DNA of 61,358 nucleotides, counting the filler, from Candidatus Omnitrophota bacterium (GTDB taxonomy: Bacteria > Omnitrophota > Gorgyraeia > JAGLLT01), in assembly GCA_023140385.1 (NCBI GenBank). It is 4 parts of 4 records of this genome, joined end to end, with 100 filler letters (N's around TTAATTAATTAA, not from the genome) between each part and the next. Parts side by side here need not be neighbours in the genome. Positions count along the whole stretch, not along the records: positions 1 to 14,382 come from JAGLLT010000040.1; 3 more parts are not named here. One strand, 5' to 3'. The position numbers were made by a program, and so were the translations under genes. The notes beneath the pieces are model-generated. The model made no database searches. It was not told the DNA's origin and saw only the letters and a list, made by a program, of their open reading frames with translations. Shown here piece by piece: positions 1-10,038 of this stretch. Numbering within the stretch: the first letter of the stretch is position 1; every line of letters starts with the position of its first letter.

Positions 1-211
1 GTTTTCCCATGGTCAACGTGCGCTATAATCGCGAGGTTCCTTACATCTTTTCTTCTTTTTTGATTTGGCATATTCTTTTAACTTTCCCTGCCTGTCGGCA
101 GGCTTTTCCGCAACAATTCCTCTATTATTTTAAAACCGTGCAACTAAAGGACAGAGGAATCGGAGGACTAAAATCAGTACTATGCCCCCCCAATTTCCAG
201 GCGGGGTTCTT

Positions 212-739
212 TTAGTCGGTTAATACTATGTGGTCGGATTCTATTTGCATCAAGGCGTTAAAAAAATCCTTGATTTCTTTTTCAGAGGCCTGCTTTATTG
301 CCTCCCCATAGAATTTGACCGCGTTCCTCTCGCGCCTGTTGGCCTCTTTGATATTCTCCCGGTCAGAATCAACCGCTTTATCTGATCCGGCATTTGAGTT
401 TGGCTTTTGAATTTTCAAATGTTTGCAAATAGCAGAAGCGTGTTCCCTCTCAACCTTTGATAGGCCTTTAAACATACTTGAAATGTAGATATCCCCGCTC
501 TTTTCCGAAATAGCCTTATAAAAATTCGTATTGTTTATTTCAAGATCCAATGCTTTTTTCAAATTATCTTTGCTTATATCTGATAGTGAATCGCTATGCA
601 GCAACTTCCACTCCTTTGCTAAAACAAAATAGGCCTCATGCGCTCCGCAGAATGGGCAGGTTTTTGGTTTTTCTTCTCCGATATAGACCTCACCGCAAAC
701 ACGGCAACGATATACTTTCATCTTTCTTATTCCTTCCAT
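212..739 (-). CDS. reverse rubrerythrin-like protein (N-terminal rubredoxin + ferritin-like domain)
   Basis: CRVCG...CPFCG rubredoxin motifs followed by ferritin-like EREH and ESDH motifs. Confidence 0.85.
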   Translation of the reverse strand: MEGIRKMKVYRCRVCGEVYIGEEKPKTCPFCGAHEAYFVLAKEWKLLHSDSLSDISKDNLKKALDLEINNTNFYKAISEKSGDIYISSMFKGLSKVEREHASAICKHLKIQKPNSNAGSDKAVDSDRENIKEANRRERNAVKFYGEAIKQASEKEIKDFFNALMQIESDHIVLTD

Positions 740-763
740 TTTAACTTCTTTTTGATATTAATA

Positions 764-1438
764 TCAACTGATCTTATCAAATTTATCCTTACCAACTCCG
801 CAAACCGGACAAACCCAATCATCCGGTAAATCTTCAAAAGCAACATTACTATTTTCCGCCGGATCATAAATATAACCGCAAACAGTACATCTATACTTCG
901 CCGTTATATTTTCCGTTTCCGCTTTTATCTCTTTTTCGCTAATATAGGTTGGCGCGCTTTTGGGAGACCTTCCATTTTTTACCTCGTGATAATAGGCGTA
1001 CGTCATTGGTTCCCCGTCTCTCATTACTTGAGCTTCAACAACTTTGCCAATAAAAACAGTATGCGTTCCCGCCTCCACACTATTGATCACTTCACACTCT
1101 AAATAACCCAGGCAGCTTTGAATAACCACAGGCGCTCCTGTTATTCCCAACTTGTAATCTATAGCCTTAAATTTTTCTACTTCTTTACCGGATCTAAAAC
1201 CGAAGCGGCCGATAAATTCCATTGGCACATCGCGCTCTAAAATTGATACAGTAAAAACCCCGCTTTCCCGGATAAATTGATGAGTTAAATTCTCTTTGTT
1301 AATACATACGCTAAAGTGAGGAGGTTCTGCCGTTACCTGAAAAACAGTATTAGCGATCTGTCCGTTAAGCTTGCCTTCTTTTTTCGAACTTACTATATAC
1401 ATTCCGTAACTAATCATATAAAGGGTCTTTATGTCCAT
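764..1438 (-). CDS. high-molecular-weight rubredoxin (flavin reductase + C-terminal rubredoxin)
   Basis: Flavin reductase-like N-terminus ([16 protein letters not shown]); C-terminal [10 protein letters not shown]...[11 protein letters not shown]. Confidence 0.9.
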   Translation of the reverse strand: MDIKTLYMISYGMYIVSSKKEGKLNGQIANTVFQVTAEPPHFSVCINKENLTHQFIRESGVFTVSILERDVPMEFIGRFGFRSGKEVEKFKAIDYKLGITGAPVVIQSCLGYLECEVINSVEAGTHTVFIGKVVEAQVMRDGEPMTYAYYHEVKNGRSPKSAPTYISEKEIKAETENITAKYRCTVCGYIYDPAENSNVAFEDLPDDWVCPVCGVGKDKFDKIS

Positions 1439-1439
1439 T

Positions 1440-2468
1440 TTAATTTAACTTTGCCCTGTTTATCATAAATTGCACATTCTCGTTAGCGTTTACTAAACTT
1501 ATAATTATTTTCGGATGCTTCGCCTTCCATACGCGAAATATCTCATCAGCGAATCCCTGCCCAACAGTCTTTACATCTTCAAAATCCAGCATAATCTTTT
1601 TGAATTTTTCAAGCCCGCTTATTATCCTTCGCGCCTGTGATCGCGAAATATAACCCGCGGCGCCTTTATAGAGTTTCACTGTAACCTCTGTTTTATTGAA
1701 TTTAAAAGAGGAATCGGTATAATTCTTAAAAATATTACGGAGCGTCTGTGTCGCGGAAAAATTAATTAAAAAAGATACCTTTGTTCCATTAACACTTTTG
1801 ATATCTCTTATAAAAATGTCATCTAAAACGTTATTAAAGATAAGCTTCTTGCGCGAACTTTGTATATTTAAAAAATCCGCCGCTTTTGAAGTAAAAAATA
1901 TACCTTCGCCGCTATGCTCATTCGGGGCGGTTGTCTGTTTTCCTTTTAGCAAATCCTGGATAGCATCCATTTCACTGCCCAATTTTTTCTTACGCCTGAT
2001 ATTATTAAAAATTCCTATTCCTTCATCAATAACCTCAAATGACACACTGTTTTTATTTCTTTGCATACTTACTCTTATTTTTTTTGACTGGGAATGCTCT
2101 ATGGCGTTATTCAGCATTTCAGAAAAGGCATAATCCAAAATATCGCGAATATTTTCATTTATGTTCATAAAAATACCGGTTTTTTTCTTAATATCCGCAA
2201 GAATTAAGTCTTCAGAAATTTCCTTATTTTTAAGAATGCGCGTAGCGCTTAAAATCTTTTTTTTAGCTTTCGCTACAGCTTCAGCGTTAGCAATAACATA
2301 TTTAGCCTGATTCGCTTTACCAATTAAAACAATCTCCCCGCTATTTTTCAGCTTTTGAAAGAATCTATTTATGTAAGCGCGGGAAAAACCTGTTCTTTTT
2401 ACAATATCAGAAGCTGAAATTTCACCGTCTTTTTTTATTACATCCAGAATAACCTTGCAAATATCCAT
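1440..2468 (-). CDS. HTH + HATPase-like + STAS-like (DUF4325) protein
   Basis: N-terminal w[27 protein letters not shown] motifs, C-terminal [19 protein letters not shown]. Confidence 0.8.
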   Translation of the reverse strand: MDICKVILDVIKKDGEISASDIVKRTGFSRAYINRFFQKLKNSGEIVLIGKANQAKYVIANAEAVAKAKKKILSATRILKNKEISEDLILADIKKKTGIFMNINENIRDILDYAFSEMLNNAIEHSQSKKIRVSMQRNKNSVSFEVIDEGIGIFNNIRRKKKLGSEMDAIQDLLKGKQTTAPNEHSGEGIFFTSKAADFLNIQSSRKKLIFNNVLDDIFIRDIKSVNGTKVSFLINFSATQTLRNIFKNYTDSSFKFNKTEVTVKLYKGAAGYISRSQARRIISGLEKFKKIMLDFEDVKTVGQGFADEIFRVWKAKHPKIIISLVNANENVQFMINRAKLN

Positions 2469-2522
2469 TTTAACTCCTTAAAAAAATTACTTTACAACTT
2501 TTCTTCATATAAAAAACTAATA

Positions 2523-2615
2523 GTTGTCAACAAGTTGTAAGCAATAAATTATACAATATAACTTATTGACAACTTTATTATATAACGAAAATTTAAAGTT
2601 GTCAACAAGTTGTAA
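2523..2615 (-). promoter_or_regulatory. sigma70 promoter for the DUF4325 gene with repeated operator-like motif
   Basis: Minus strand TTGACA (2605-2600), 17 nt, TATAAT (2582-2577); GTTGTCAACAAGTTGTAA repeated at 2523 and 2598. Confidence 0.75.
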
Positions 2616-2684
2616 ACAAAGCGAGGGGTTTTTGGGAATTAAGTTTTTAGTCTTGATGTTTATCATCAGTGGAAAGTTAATAAA

Positions 2685-3737
2685 TTAAAAACAGCGTTTG
2701 TTCAGCTTTTTGCGGCACTGCTTCTCTTCACAGCGGTAACAAATCTCATTTACCAAATATCCGCCATTAAAGTACTCAGTAATGTTCTTTAGAGTTGTAT
2801 CAGCAATGCTGGATAAAGCCTCGCGGGTAAAAAAGCCCTGATGCGAAGTAATAAGCACATTAGGAAAGGTGAGGAGGCGAGCCAGGATATCATCACTTAT
2901 CATCGAATTAGAAAAGTCCTCGAAAAAATAATCACTCTCCTCTTCGTAGACGTCAAGTCCGGCCGCGCCAACCTTCCCGCTTTTTAGCCCATTGATTAAG
3001 GCCTCTGTTTTTATCAGCTTCCCTCTGCCGGTATTGATAAGCATAACTCCGTCTTTCATCTGAGAAATACTTGCTTCATTAATCATATAATGGGTTTCTG
3101 AAGATAGAGGGCAATGCAAAGAGATGATGTCCGCCTCTCTGTATAGCTCTGAAAGTTCCACGTAACTAATACCGCTTTCTTTCGCGTACTCCTCATCCGG
3201 ACGCGTATCATAAGCAAGGACATTCATACCCAGGCCATTCAGAACAGAAATCAGGCATCTGCCGATTTTCCCCGTTCCGATAACCCCGGCGGTCCTGCCG
3301 TGCATATCAAAGCCTATTAAGCCATTGATGGAAAAATTCCCGTCGCGCGTCCGGTAGTATGCCTTATGCGTCTTTCTGTTTAAACTCAGCATAAGCGCGG
3401 CGGCATGTTCGGCAACGGCATACGGCGAATATCCGGGCACGCGCACTACGTAAATATTTTTATACGCGGCCGCTAAATCAACGTTATTGTAGCCGGCACA
3501 ACGTAACGCAATCAACTGTACTTTGCTGCGCTTTAGAACGCTGATAACCTGCTTATCAATGACGTCGTTAACAAAGCCGCAGACCACCTCGAAGCCCGAA
3601 GAAAACTCAGCTGTATTATGATTGAGATGGCTTTTTACATACTTTATCTCAAACCCGTAATCTTTATTGGCTTTATCAAAAAAGTCCCGGTCATACGGCT
3701 TCGTGTCAAAAAATAATATTTTGCGCTTGCTTCCCAC
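2685..3737 (-). CDS. ldhA: D-lactate dehydrogenase (D-2-hydroxyacid dehydrogenase)
   Basis: LRCAGYNNVD, GTGKIG, LINTGRG, LDVYEEE, LTFPNVLITSHQ motifs. Confidence 0.9.
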   Translation of the reverse strand: MGSKRKILFFDTKPYDRDFFDKANKDYGFEIKYVKSHLNHNTAEFSSGFEVVCGFVNDVIDKQVISVLKRSKVQLIALRCAGYNNVDLAAAYKNIYVVRVPGYSPYAVAEHAAALMLSLNRKTHKAYYRTRDGNFSINGLIGFDMHGRTAGVIGTGKIGRCLISVLNGLGMNVLAYDTRPDEEYAKESGISYVELSELYREADIISLHCPLSSETHYMINEASISQMKDGVMLINTGRGKLIKTEALINGLKSGKVGAAGLDVYEEESDYFFEDFSNSMISDDILARLLTFPNVLITSHQGFFTREALSSIADTTLKNITEYFNGGYLVNEICYRCEEKQCRKKLNKRCF

Positions 3738-3789
3738 CTATTTTCTCCTATTTAAATAGGGCTGTACTATTTAATTAAATAACAACACC

Positions 3790-4260
3790 TTACCTGGCCG
3801 GCTTCTTTAAATGCCCGGGGGTCAGGTCTACGACTTCCTCAACCTTCATCTCAATAAGGTATTGGGGCTGGGGAAAAAGCACTTCCGGATGACGCTCAGT
3901 CTTTTTATCTTCTTTGATATTTTTAATTACCCGCTTAGACACTCTCTCGGCAACCCCCGCTTCCCATTTCTCCATAAAACGGCTTTTTATCTTTTCTCTT
4001 TCTACAATTTTTGCCTTACCCTTTAGCGAATAACCTTTAAACCTATGCTCGTCTACGGCCGTAATAGTTATAGCGGGATTTCGCTTAAGATTATTAAAAG
4101 TCTCTGCGCGATAAAGATCTATAATATAGACTTTTCCCTCTCCTTCTATTCCAACAGTTCCTTTCACTGAGCAGTGAATTTTTCCTTGAGAATCTAAAGT
4201 AGAAACAATGACAAACCTTTGCCGCCGGAAAAAATAAACTGTGTTTGATAATAACTTCAT
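3790..4260 (-). CDS. pyridoxamine 5'-phosphate oxidase-like FMN-binding protein
   Basis: IVSTLD..G..H, T..NLKRNP.I.I pattern. Confidence 0.7.
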   Translation of the reverse strand: MKLLSNTVYFFRRQRFVIVSTLDSQGKIHCSVKGTVGIEGEGKVYIIDLYRAETFNNLKRNPAITITAVDEHRFKGYSLKGKAKIVEREKIKSRFMEKWEAGVAERVSKRVIKNIKEDKKTERHPEVLFPQPQYLIEMKVEEVVDLTPGHLKKPAR

Positions 4261-4271
4261 CGATCTCCTTT

Positions 4272-4847
4272 TTAGTAATTTTCACATAATAGCTCGTAAT
4301 ACGCCTGAGGATGAGCGCAGGCCGGACATTCCTGGGGCGCTTCTTTGCCCTCATAAACATAACCGCAGTTGCGGCATTTCCACTTAACTACATTATCTTT
4401 ATTAAACACTTTGCTCTCTTTTATATTTTTGAGCAATTTTCTATAGCGCTTCTCATGCTCTTCTTCAACCTCCGCTATTTCTTTAAATAGGCCTGCTATC
4501 TCATCAAAGCCTTCCTCCCGCGCTGTCATCTGCGCCTCTTTGTAAAGCTTTGTCCATTCTTCGTTTTCTCCGTCTGCCGCGGCCAGAAGATTAGCCGCTG
4601 TATCGCCTATAACTCCGGCTGGATAACCCGCTGTAATTTCCACCTCACCGCCTTCTAAGAACTTAAAGAACCTCTTGGCGTGTTCCTTTTCATTATCAGC
4701 CGTCTCTAAAAATATTGCCGCTATTTGTTCATAACCGGCCTTTTTCGCGGCAGAGGCAAAGTATGTGTAGCGGTTTCTCGCCTGCGACTCTCCGGCAAAC
4801 GAAGCCAAAAGATTTTTTTCTGTTTTTGTACCCTTTAAATCCATCAT
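4272..4847 (-). CDS. rbr: rubrerythrin
   Basis: GTKTEKNLLASFAGESQARNRY, EKEH, C-terminal CRNCG..CPAC; start placed at MMDLKG. Confidence 0.95.
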   Translation of the reverse strand: MMDLKGTKTEKNLLASFAGESQARNRYTYFASAAKKAGYEQIAAIFLETADNEKEHAKRFFKFLEGGEVEITAGYPAGVIGDTAANLLAAADGENEEWTKLYKEAQMTAREEGFDEIAGLFKEIAEVEEEHEKRYRKLLKNIKESKVFNKDNVVKWKCRNCGYVYEGKEAPQECPACAHPQAYYELLCENY

Positions 4848-4861
4848 TTTTTCCTTTCTAT

Positions 4862-5242
4862 TTAATGACTTTTCCACAAACCATGTATTGTACAAAATTC
4901 TCTGACTTCAAGTACATCCGATTTAGCCATACAAAAATCAGCTTCAGGAGCTTGGCCGGGTTTTAACTCAACCCTGCCAACTCTATCTTTAGTCAAAACC
5001 TCAATAAACTTAATATAATGCTTCTCCTCCATAGGATGCTCAACGCTTCCAATCTTTACCCTAATGCCCCCATCACCCTCCTCCATCACAGGAACGTGTT
5101 TCTCGCCTCCCTCATCCTCTGTTTTCGCTTCAAGTTTCTCCATCGGCTGATTACAGCAGACAAGAGCCGGCGCTCCCTCAGAAACTATCTCTATCACATT
5201 CCCGCAGATATCACAGCGGTAAAGCTCTCTTAACTGAGTCAT
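4862..5242 (-). CDS. dfx: desulfoferrodoxin (superoxide reductase)
   Basis: CDICGN..LVCC..M, EKHVP, HPM..KHYI, CTIHGLW. Confidence 0.95.
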   Translation of the reverse strand: MTQLRELYRCDICGNVIEIVSEGAPALVCCNQPMEKLEAKTEDEGGEKHVPVMEEGDGGIRVKIGSVEHPMEEKHYIKFIEVLTKDRVGRVELKPGQAPEADFCMAKSDVLEVREFCTIHGLWKSH

Positions 5243-5266
5243 TCCAACCCCCCCCTGTTCATAATT

Positions 5267-5863
5267 TTACCTTTTAAACTTACTTAATTTAATCCACCAA
5301 TCATTGAGGTTTGAGCTTTTTGCCCTCTGCCAAAGTTGGCGGGCGGATTTTGTTTTGAGAAAAGCGGGGGCTTTTTTCATAAATTTAGCCGCCTCTAAAT
5401 GGCCGTATTCATAATACTCCTTTGCCTGAATAAGGCACTCTAAAATATCGGCATCCCTGGCAATAACGCTTTCCTTGGAGAGCTGATTTTTATAACTGTC
5501 CCGCATATCAAATAACTCCTTCTTGATATCCTTAGGCAGTGGTTTTATCTGTTCATAAAAGGACTTATCCTCATGCGGCTCAGCGTCGATATAGCGTTGG
5601 GCCATCTTATGCAAATCCGTAATACGGGCCTCGTGTATATCATTAAAGAGAGTCATAAGCAGTACCTTATAGGGCGGCACCTTTTCCATGCGGGCTATCA
5701 GGTAACCTATAACGGCACACCTGAAGCTGTGTTCGGCAACGCTTTCCGCGTGCTTAATCCCTAAAACAGACCAGCCTGAACGCTCCACCCGCTTAAGCAT
5801 TCCGGCTTCCGAGATAAAGTTTAATATCTCTTTTACATGCCCTATTTGTGTTTTAGTTTTCAT
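5267..5863 (-). CDS. HD-domain hydrolase (5'-deoxynucleotidase-like)
   Basis: LKRVERSGW..ESVAEHS, DIHEARITD, DADILE. Confidence 0.8.
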   Translation of the reverse strand: MKTKTQIGHVKEILNFISEAGMLKRVERSGWSVLGIKHAESVAEHSFRCAVIGYLIARMEKVPPYKVLLMTLFNDIHEARITDLHKMAQRYIDAEPHEDKSFYEQIKPLPKDIKKELFDMRDSYKNQLSKESVIARDADILECLIQAKEYYEYGHLEAAKFMKKAPAFLKTKSARQLWQRAKSSNLNDWWIKLSKFKR

Positions 5864-6600
5864 CCCGACTCCTGTCTTCTTTTAGATATTTCATAACAGA
5901 AGATAGCGCAGGCCATACTAACGTTAAAAGAAAGTTTGGCCCCTTCCATAGGAATACGAACTTTTATGTCAAGGTGCTTTAAGAGTCCCTGACGTATACC
6001 TTCACCTTCAGAGCCCATTACCAGGCCTACAGGAAAAGGCAAAGAGACTTTACTAATTTCCTCAGCTCCATCACTAACCACCGTTCCCGCAATCCAGTAC
6101 CCAGCTTCTTTAGCGGCAGTCAAAGCATTAGCCATATTGGCCACTATAGAAACCGAAATATAATTTTCTCCTCCTGAGGCAACGTGCAAAACCGTCTCGT
6201 TAACTCCACAGGCTTTATGCTCAGGAATAACGAGGGCCATTCTGCCAAAACAAGCGGCGATCCGCGTAATAACACCTAAATTTTGGGGGTCGCTAATCCT
6301 ATCCAGAAAGATAATAGTTGTATCTTCTTCTCTTTTTCTTCCGAGTAAATCCTCAAAAAGCGTGTATTGAAACCCATCTACTTTTGCAATTATTCCCTGA
6401 AGATCCTTAGCGTGTTTTATTTTTTCCAACCCCCTGATTGACAAGCGCTCTGAAGGAAGGTTATTTTGTCTAATTAACTTCTCAATACTCGGCACTTTAA
6501 GGTTATCCTGCAGAAATATCTTTCTTATGCTTTTGGGATTAACCTTAAGCCGCTCAAAAACGGAATTTCTACCATATAGGACTATTTGATTTTTCGCCAC
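5860..6600 (-). CDS. rlmB: TrmH/SpoU family RNA 2'-O-methyltransferase (RlmB-like)
   Basis: DPQNLG.I.R, MGSEGEG, IPM...SFNVS motifs. Confidence 0.8.
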   Translation of the reverse strand: MAKNQIVLYGRNSVFERLKVNPKSIRKIFLQDNLKVPSIEKLIRQNNLPSERLSIRGLEKIKHAKDLQGIIAKVDGFQYTLFEDLLGRKREEDTTIIFLDRISDPQNLGVITRIAACFGRMALVIPEHKACGVNETVLHVASGGENYISVSIVANMANALTAAKEAGYWIAGTVVSDGAEEISKVSLPFPVGLVMGSEGEGIRQGLLKHLDIKVRIPMEGAKLSFNVSMACAIFCYEISKRRQESG

Positions 6601-6642
6601 ACCGCCTACCTCCTTATATATTTCTTAAATCTTGTTTTTCCG

Positions 6643-8064
6643 TTAAAGCATCTTTAAGAACACGTCTACTACCTTTGAATCAAAGTATGTTCCCCTGCAC
6701 CTTTTTAGCTCCTGACAAGCTTCATCTTTGGTCATAGCCTTTCTGTAGGGCCTGTCCGACGTCATAGCATCATAGGCATCAGACACAGTCAGTATCTTAA
6801 GGGACAGAGAGAGATACTCTTTAGTAAGCTCATCAGGATAACCTCCGCCATCTACCCTTTCATGATGATGGCGAACCAAATAGGCTATCTTATTTAAAGA
6901 GTGTATGGGCCTTAATATGTTTTCACCGATAATCGGATGCAGCTGCATATGCCTTCTTTCTTCAGGGGTCAAGCTGCCCGGTTTAAGCAATATCTCATCC
7001 TTAACACCAATTTTGCCTATATCGTGCAGAAGGGCCGCGTCCCTTAATACATCTTTAACATCCTTATCCAGGCTAAATTCGTCTGCCAACCTGAGAACAA
7101 AATCAGTAACTCTCTTGGCATGGCCTCTGGTATAAGGGTCTTTAGCTTCAACGGCCAGGGCAAGGGTTGAAATTGTTTCAACGTAAGTCCTTTCAATGTC
7201 CTGATTGAGACGGCTGTTTTCAATGGCAATTGCCATTTGACCGGCCAAATTTTCTATTAAGACAACATCGTCCTCCGAAAAACTATCTCCATTCTTTTTA
7301 TCATGCATAGAAATAACGCCCAGTACCCCCCCCTTGTACATCAGGGGGGCGCAGAGAATTGACTTATAAGCGAAGCCTGTCTCTTTCTCAAAGACTAACT
7401 GCTCCGCTCCATCGGCCCTGGAAACATTTTGTGTCTTTTGATCCTTATAAGCCTTGACAATTATGCTTTCCTCTTCCTTAAGGCTGATATTTCCCCGTAT
7501 GTCCGAAATAACTCCATAAGAAACCATGATCTTTAACTTATCTTCTTTTAAAATCATAATCGTTCCGGAGGAAGCGTTTAGCGCCTGGTTTAAAGTTTCA
7601 AGAGTCAGTTCCATGATACTGTCAATTTTTTTATCAGAACCCATGGCGCTGCTAATACGCAAAAGAACGTCCTGAATAACCTTTTTAGACTCTTTAAGGT
7701 CTTCGATATTCTTCTCCAGTTCACCCGTAATCTGATTAAAGTACCCGGCCAACATATCCACTTCGTCATTTTCAGAAGTTTTTATCTTTTTACTCAGATT
7801 GCCCTGCGTAACATCCTGCATGTCTCTGGCAAGCTTCACAACGGAAATAATTATTTTTCTGCTTAAAATGTAACCGATACAAATGGAACAAATCATAAAA
7901 ATCATTGTCGCTTTAACGTTATTTTTCAGCAAAACCTCGCTGGCTTCTGTGTGAAGAAGATAAATAATCAAAACGAGTGGAATAATAGCCATCAGCAGGA
8001 TAGAAACGATAAGTTTTTGCAGTATCCCGCGCTGACTTAAAGATTTAATAGCAATCCTTGTCAT
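6643..8064 (-). CDS. membrane HAMP-GAF-HD-GYP cyclic dinucleotide phosphodiesterase
   Basis: Two N-terminal TM helices, HAMP, GAF, AKDPYTRGH, LHDIGKIG, HHERVDGGGYP. Confidence 0.9.
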   Translation of the reverse strand: MTRIAIKSLSQRGILQKLIVSILLMAIIPLVLIIYLLHTEASEVLLKNNVKATMIFMICSICIGYILSRKIIISVVKLARDMQDVTQGNLSKKIKTSENDEVDMLAGYFNQITGELEKNIEDLKESKKVIQDVLLRISSAMGSDKKIDSIMELTLETLNQALNASSGTIMILKEDKLKIMVSYGVISDIRGNISLKEEESIIVKAYKDQKTQNVSRADGAEQLVFEKETGFAYKSILCAPLMYKGGVLGVISMHDKKNGDSFSEDDVVLIENLAGQMAIAIENSRLNQDIERTYVETISTLALAVEAKDPYTRGHAKRVTDFVLRLADEFSLDKDVKDVLRDAALLHDIGKIGVKDEILLKPGSLTPEERRHMQLHPIIGENILRPIHSLNKIAYLVRHHHERVDGGGYPDELTKEYLSLSLKILTVSDAYDAMTSDRPYRKAMTKDEACQELKRCRGTYFDSKVVDVFLKML

Positions 8065-8187
8065 TTACACCTCCTTAATGACCCCGCCAAAGCGGGGGGG
8101 AATTAATACTTAAATTATTGTCTTTTATATATTTTATATCCTTACACGGAAAAAATCAACCTTTTTAAAATGAGGGCTTATACCGCA

Positions 8188-8216
8188 TTGACAAAGGCTA
8201 AAGTAAATGCTATATT
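8188..8216 (+). promoter_or_regulatory. sigma70 promoter of comF-lptF-lptG
   Basis: TTGACA (8188-8193), 17 nt, TATATT (8211-8216). Confidence 0.7.
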
Positions 8217-8223
8217 AAAAGCA

Positions 8224-8946
8224 ATGAAAATTAACCTGTACAAATACGCCCTAAATTTATTATACCCGCTAAAGTGCCAGATATGCAAGGCTAAGCTGGA
8301 AGTTGAAAACACCCGGCATATCTGTCTTCACTGCCGGCGAAAAATTAAGATAAACCTTCCTCCCTTTTGTCTAAAGTGCGGGAAATCGCGAACTCAAGGC
8401 CTTTCAGATACAACGTGCCGGGAGTGTAAAGAAAACAGATACTTATTTGACAGAGCCTGGGCCGTGTCTATCTACGAAGGTGTTATAAAAGAGTGTCTCC
8501 GCCTTTTTAAGTACCGCAAAAAAAGACGCCTTTTAAAGCTGTTTTCCGAGCTTGCCTGTAATTTTATGGAGCGATTTATTGACTATCAGCCTATAGACCT
8601 CATCTCCGCCGTCCCGCTCTCAAAAAACAAGATGCGCCAAAGAGAGTTCAATCAATCCGGACTCTTGGCCCGGGAGATAGGGGGTGAATTTAAGAAAACG
8701 GTTCTGAACGACAACCTGATAAAAATAAAAGATACGCCTTCTCAGGTTACCCTTAGCGGGGCAAAGAGAAGATTAAATTTAACAGGCGCTTTTAAGGCAA
8801 AAGAGCCGCGCCTGTTTAAGGATAAAAATATCCTGCTAATAGACGACGTTTTTACTACCGGTTCAACTTTAAATGAATGCTCCGAAGTTTTAAAGAAAGC
8901 GGGAGCGAAAAAAGTGTACGCCCTGGCCTTAGCCAGAGGTAGTTAA
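8224..8946 (+). CDS. comF: ComF family protein (double zinc ribbon + phosphoribosyltransferase-like)
   Basis: CxxC pairs, R.FNQS, LLIDDVFTTGST; start moved downstream of the promoter. Confidence 0.9.
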   Translation: MKINLYKYALNLLYPLKCQICKAKLEVENTRHICLHCRRKIKINLPPFCLKCGKSRTQGLSDTTCRECKENRYLFDRAWAVSIYEGVIKECLRLFKYRKKRRLLKLFSELACNFMERFIDYQPIDLISAVPLSKNKMRQREFNQSGLLAREIGGEFKKTVLNDNLIKIKDTPSQVTLSGAKRRLNLTGAFKAKEPRLFKDKNILLIDDVFTTGSTLNECSEVLKKAGAKKVYALALARGS

Positions 8947-8948
8947 CA

Positions 8949-10037
8949 ATGAGAATACTCAGAAACTACATACTAAGAGAAATAGCCGCCCCTTTTATCT
9001 TGTCGCTCTCGGCTCTTTTATTTATTATGCTGGTGGCAAATTTAATACATCAGGCGGACAAGATTATCGCGCCGGGTGTATCCCTGATTGACATTCTCAA
9101 GCTCTTTATCAGTTGGATTCCGTATCTTTTAAGATACGCCTTACCTATTTCACTATTAATGTCAATACTTCTAAGTTTCGGCAGAATATCTTCCGATAAT
9201 GAAATAGCGGCTATGACGGCCAGCGGGTTTAATCTTTATAGAATCATTTATCCGGTAATTGTCGTAGGGTTAATATTCAGCCTCTTCTCCGTTATCCTTA
9301 ATGACAGAATTGCTACTTATTCCCATTTTGCTTCAAGAAAAATTTTAACCAGGATTGCCGTATCAAACCCTATTAGCTGCATAGAAGACGGAACTTTTCT
9401 TCACTTCAATCGCCATATTGTATTTATCAACCGGATAAAAGATAATAAACTTATGGGCATAAAAATATTTGAAACCCAGGAAGGCAAGCCGCCCCGCACC
9501 ATCGTAGCCAGAGAAGGAGTTCTCATGCCCGATCTTAAAAATAATTCCATAAAATTAAAATTGATTGACGGCAGCTCCGATCAGGCTAACTCTGAAAATC
9601 CCGGTGATTTCTACCAGCTTAAATTCGAAACTTACGTTATGTCTTTAGACCTCTCTCAAACCCAGGCGGACAAGATACAAAAAAAACCGAAGGACATGAA
9701 TATGCGTGAATTGTGGAAAAAAATAGATAATTTGAAAACCTTTAACATTGACCCCATCGAGTTAATCCTGGAAATTCATAAAAAGATTTCCCTGGCCTTC
9801 GCCAATTTGGCCTTTGTTATCATAGCTTTGCCTTTAGCTATAAAAACCAAGAGAAGCTCTAAACTTGCCGGTTTCGCTATAGGACTGGTTATTATCATAC
9901 TTTATTACGCCTTGCTGGCTTCAGGCAGTGCCCTGGCTGCCAAAAAAATTCTTTCTCCCATGCTTGGTTCATGGATAGCAAACATTGTGCTTATTGCGGC
10001 CGGTTCATTTTTAATTTTCAGAACTGTAGAGAAATAA
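8949..10037 (+). CDS. lptF: LPS export ABC permease LptF
   Basis: YjgP/YjgQ family: RISSDNEIAAMTASG, 3+3 TM layout, paired with next gene. Confidence 0.85.
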   Translation: MRILRNYILREIAAPFILSLSALLFIMLVANLIHQADKIIAPGVSLIDILKLFISWIPYLLRYALPISLLMSILLSFGRISSDNEIAAMTASGFNLYRIIYPVIVVGLIFSLFSVILNDRIATYSHFASRKILTRIAVSNPISCIEDGTFLHFNRHIVFINRIKDNKLMGIKIFETQEGKPPRTIVAREGVLMPDLKNNSIKLKLIDGSSDQANSENPGDFYQLKFETYVMSLDLSQTQADKIQKKPKDMNMRELWKKIDNLKTFNIDPIELILEIHKKISLAFANLAFVIIALPLAIKTKRSSKLAGFAIGLVIIILYYALLASGSALAAKKILSPMLGSWIANIVLIAAGSFLIFRTVEK

Positions 10038-10038
10038 T

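Noticed and set aside
9..215. 68-aa ORF and CCTGCCTGTCGGCAGG palindrome
   Set aside because: The ORF looks non-coding; a single short REP-like palindrome gives too little support
212..5242. Oxidative-stress cluster as a novelty
   Set aside because: Typical anaerobe rbr/dfx/rubredoxin gene set
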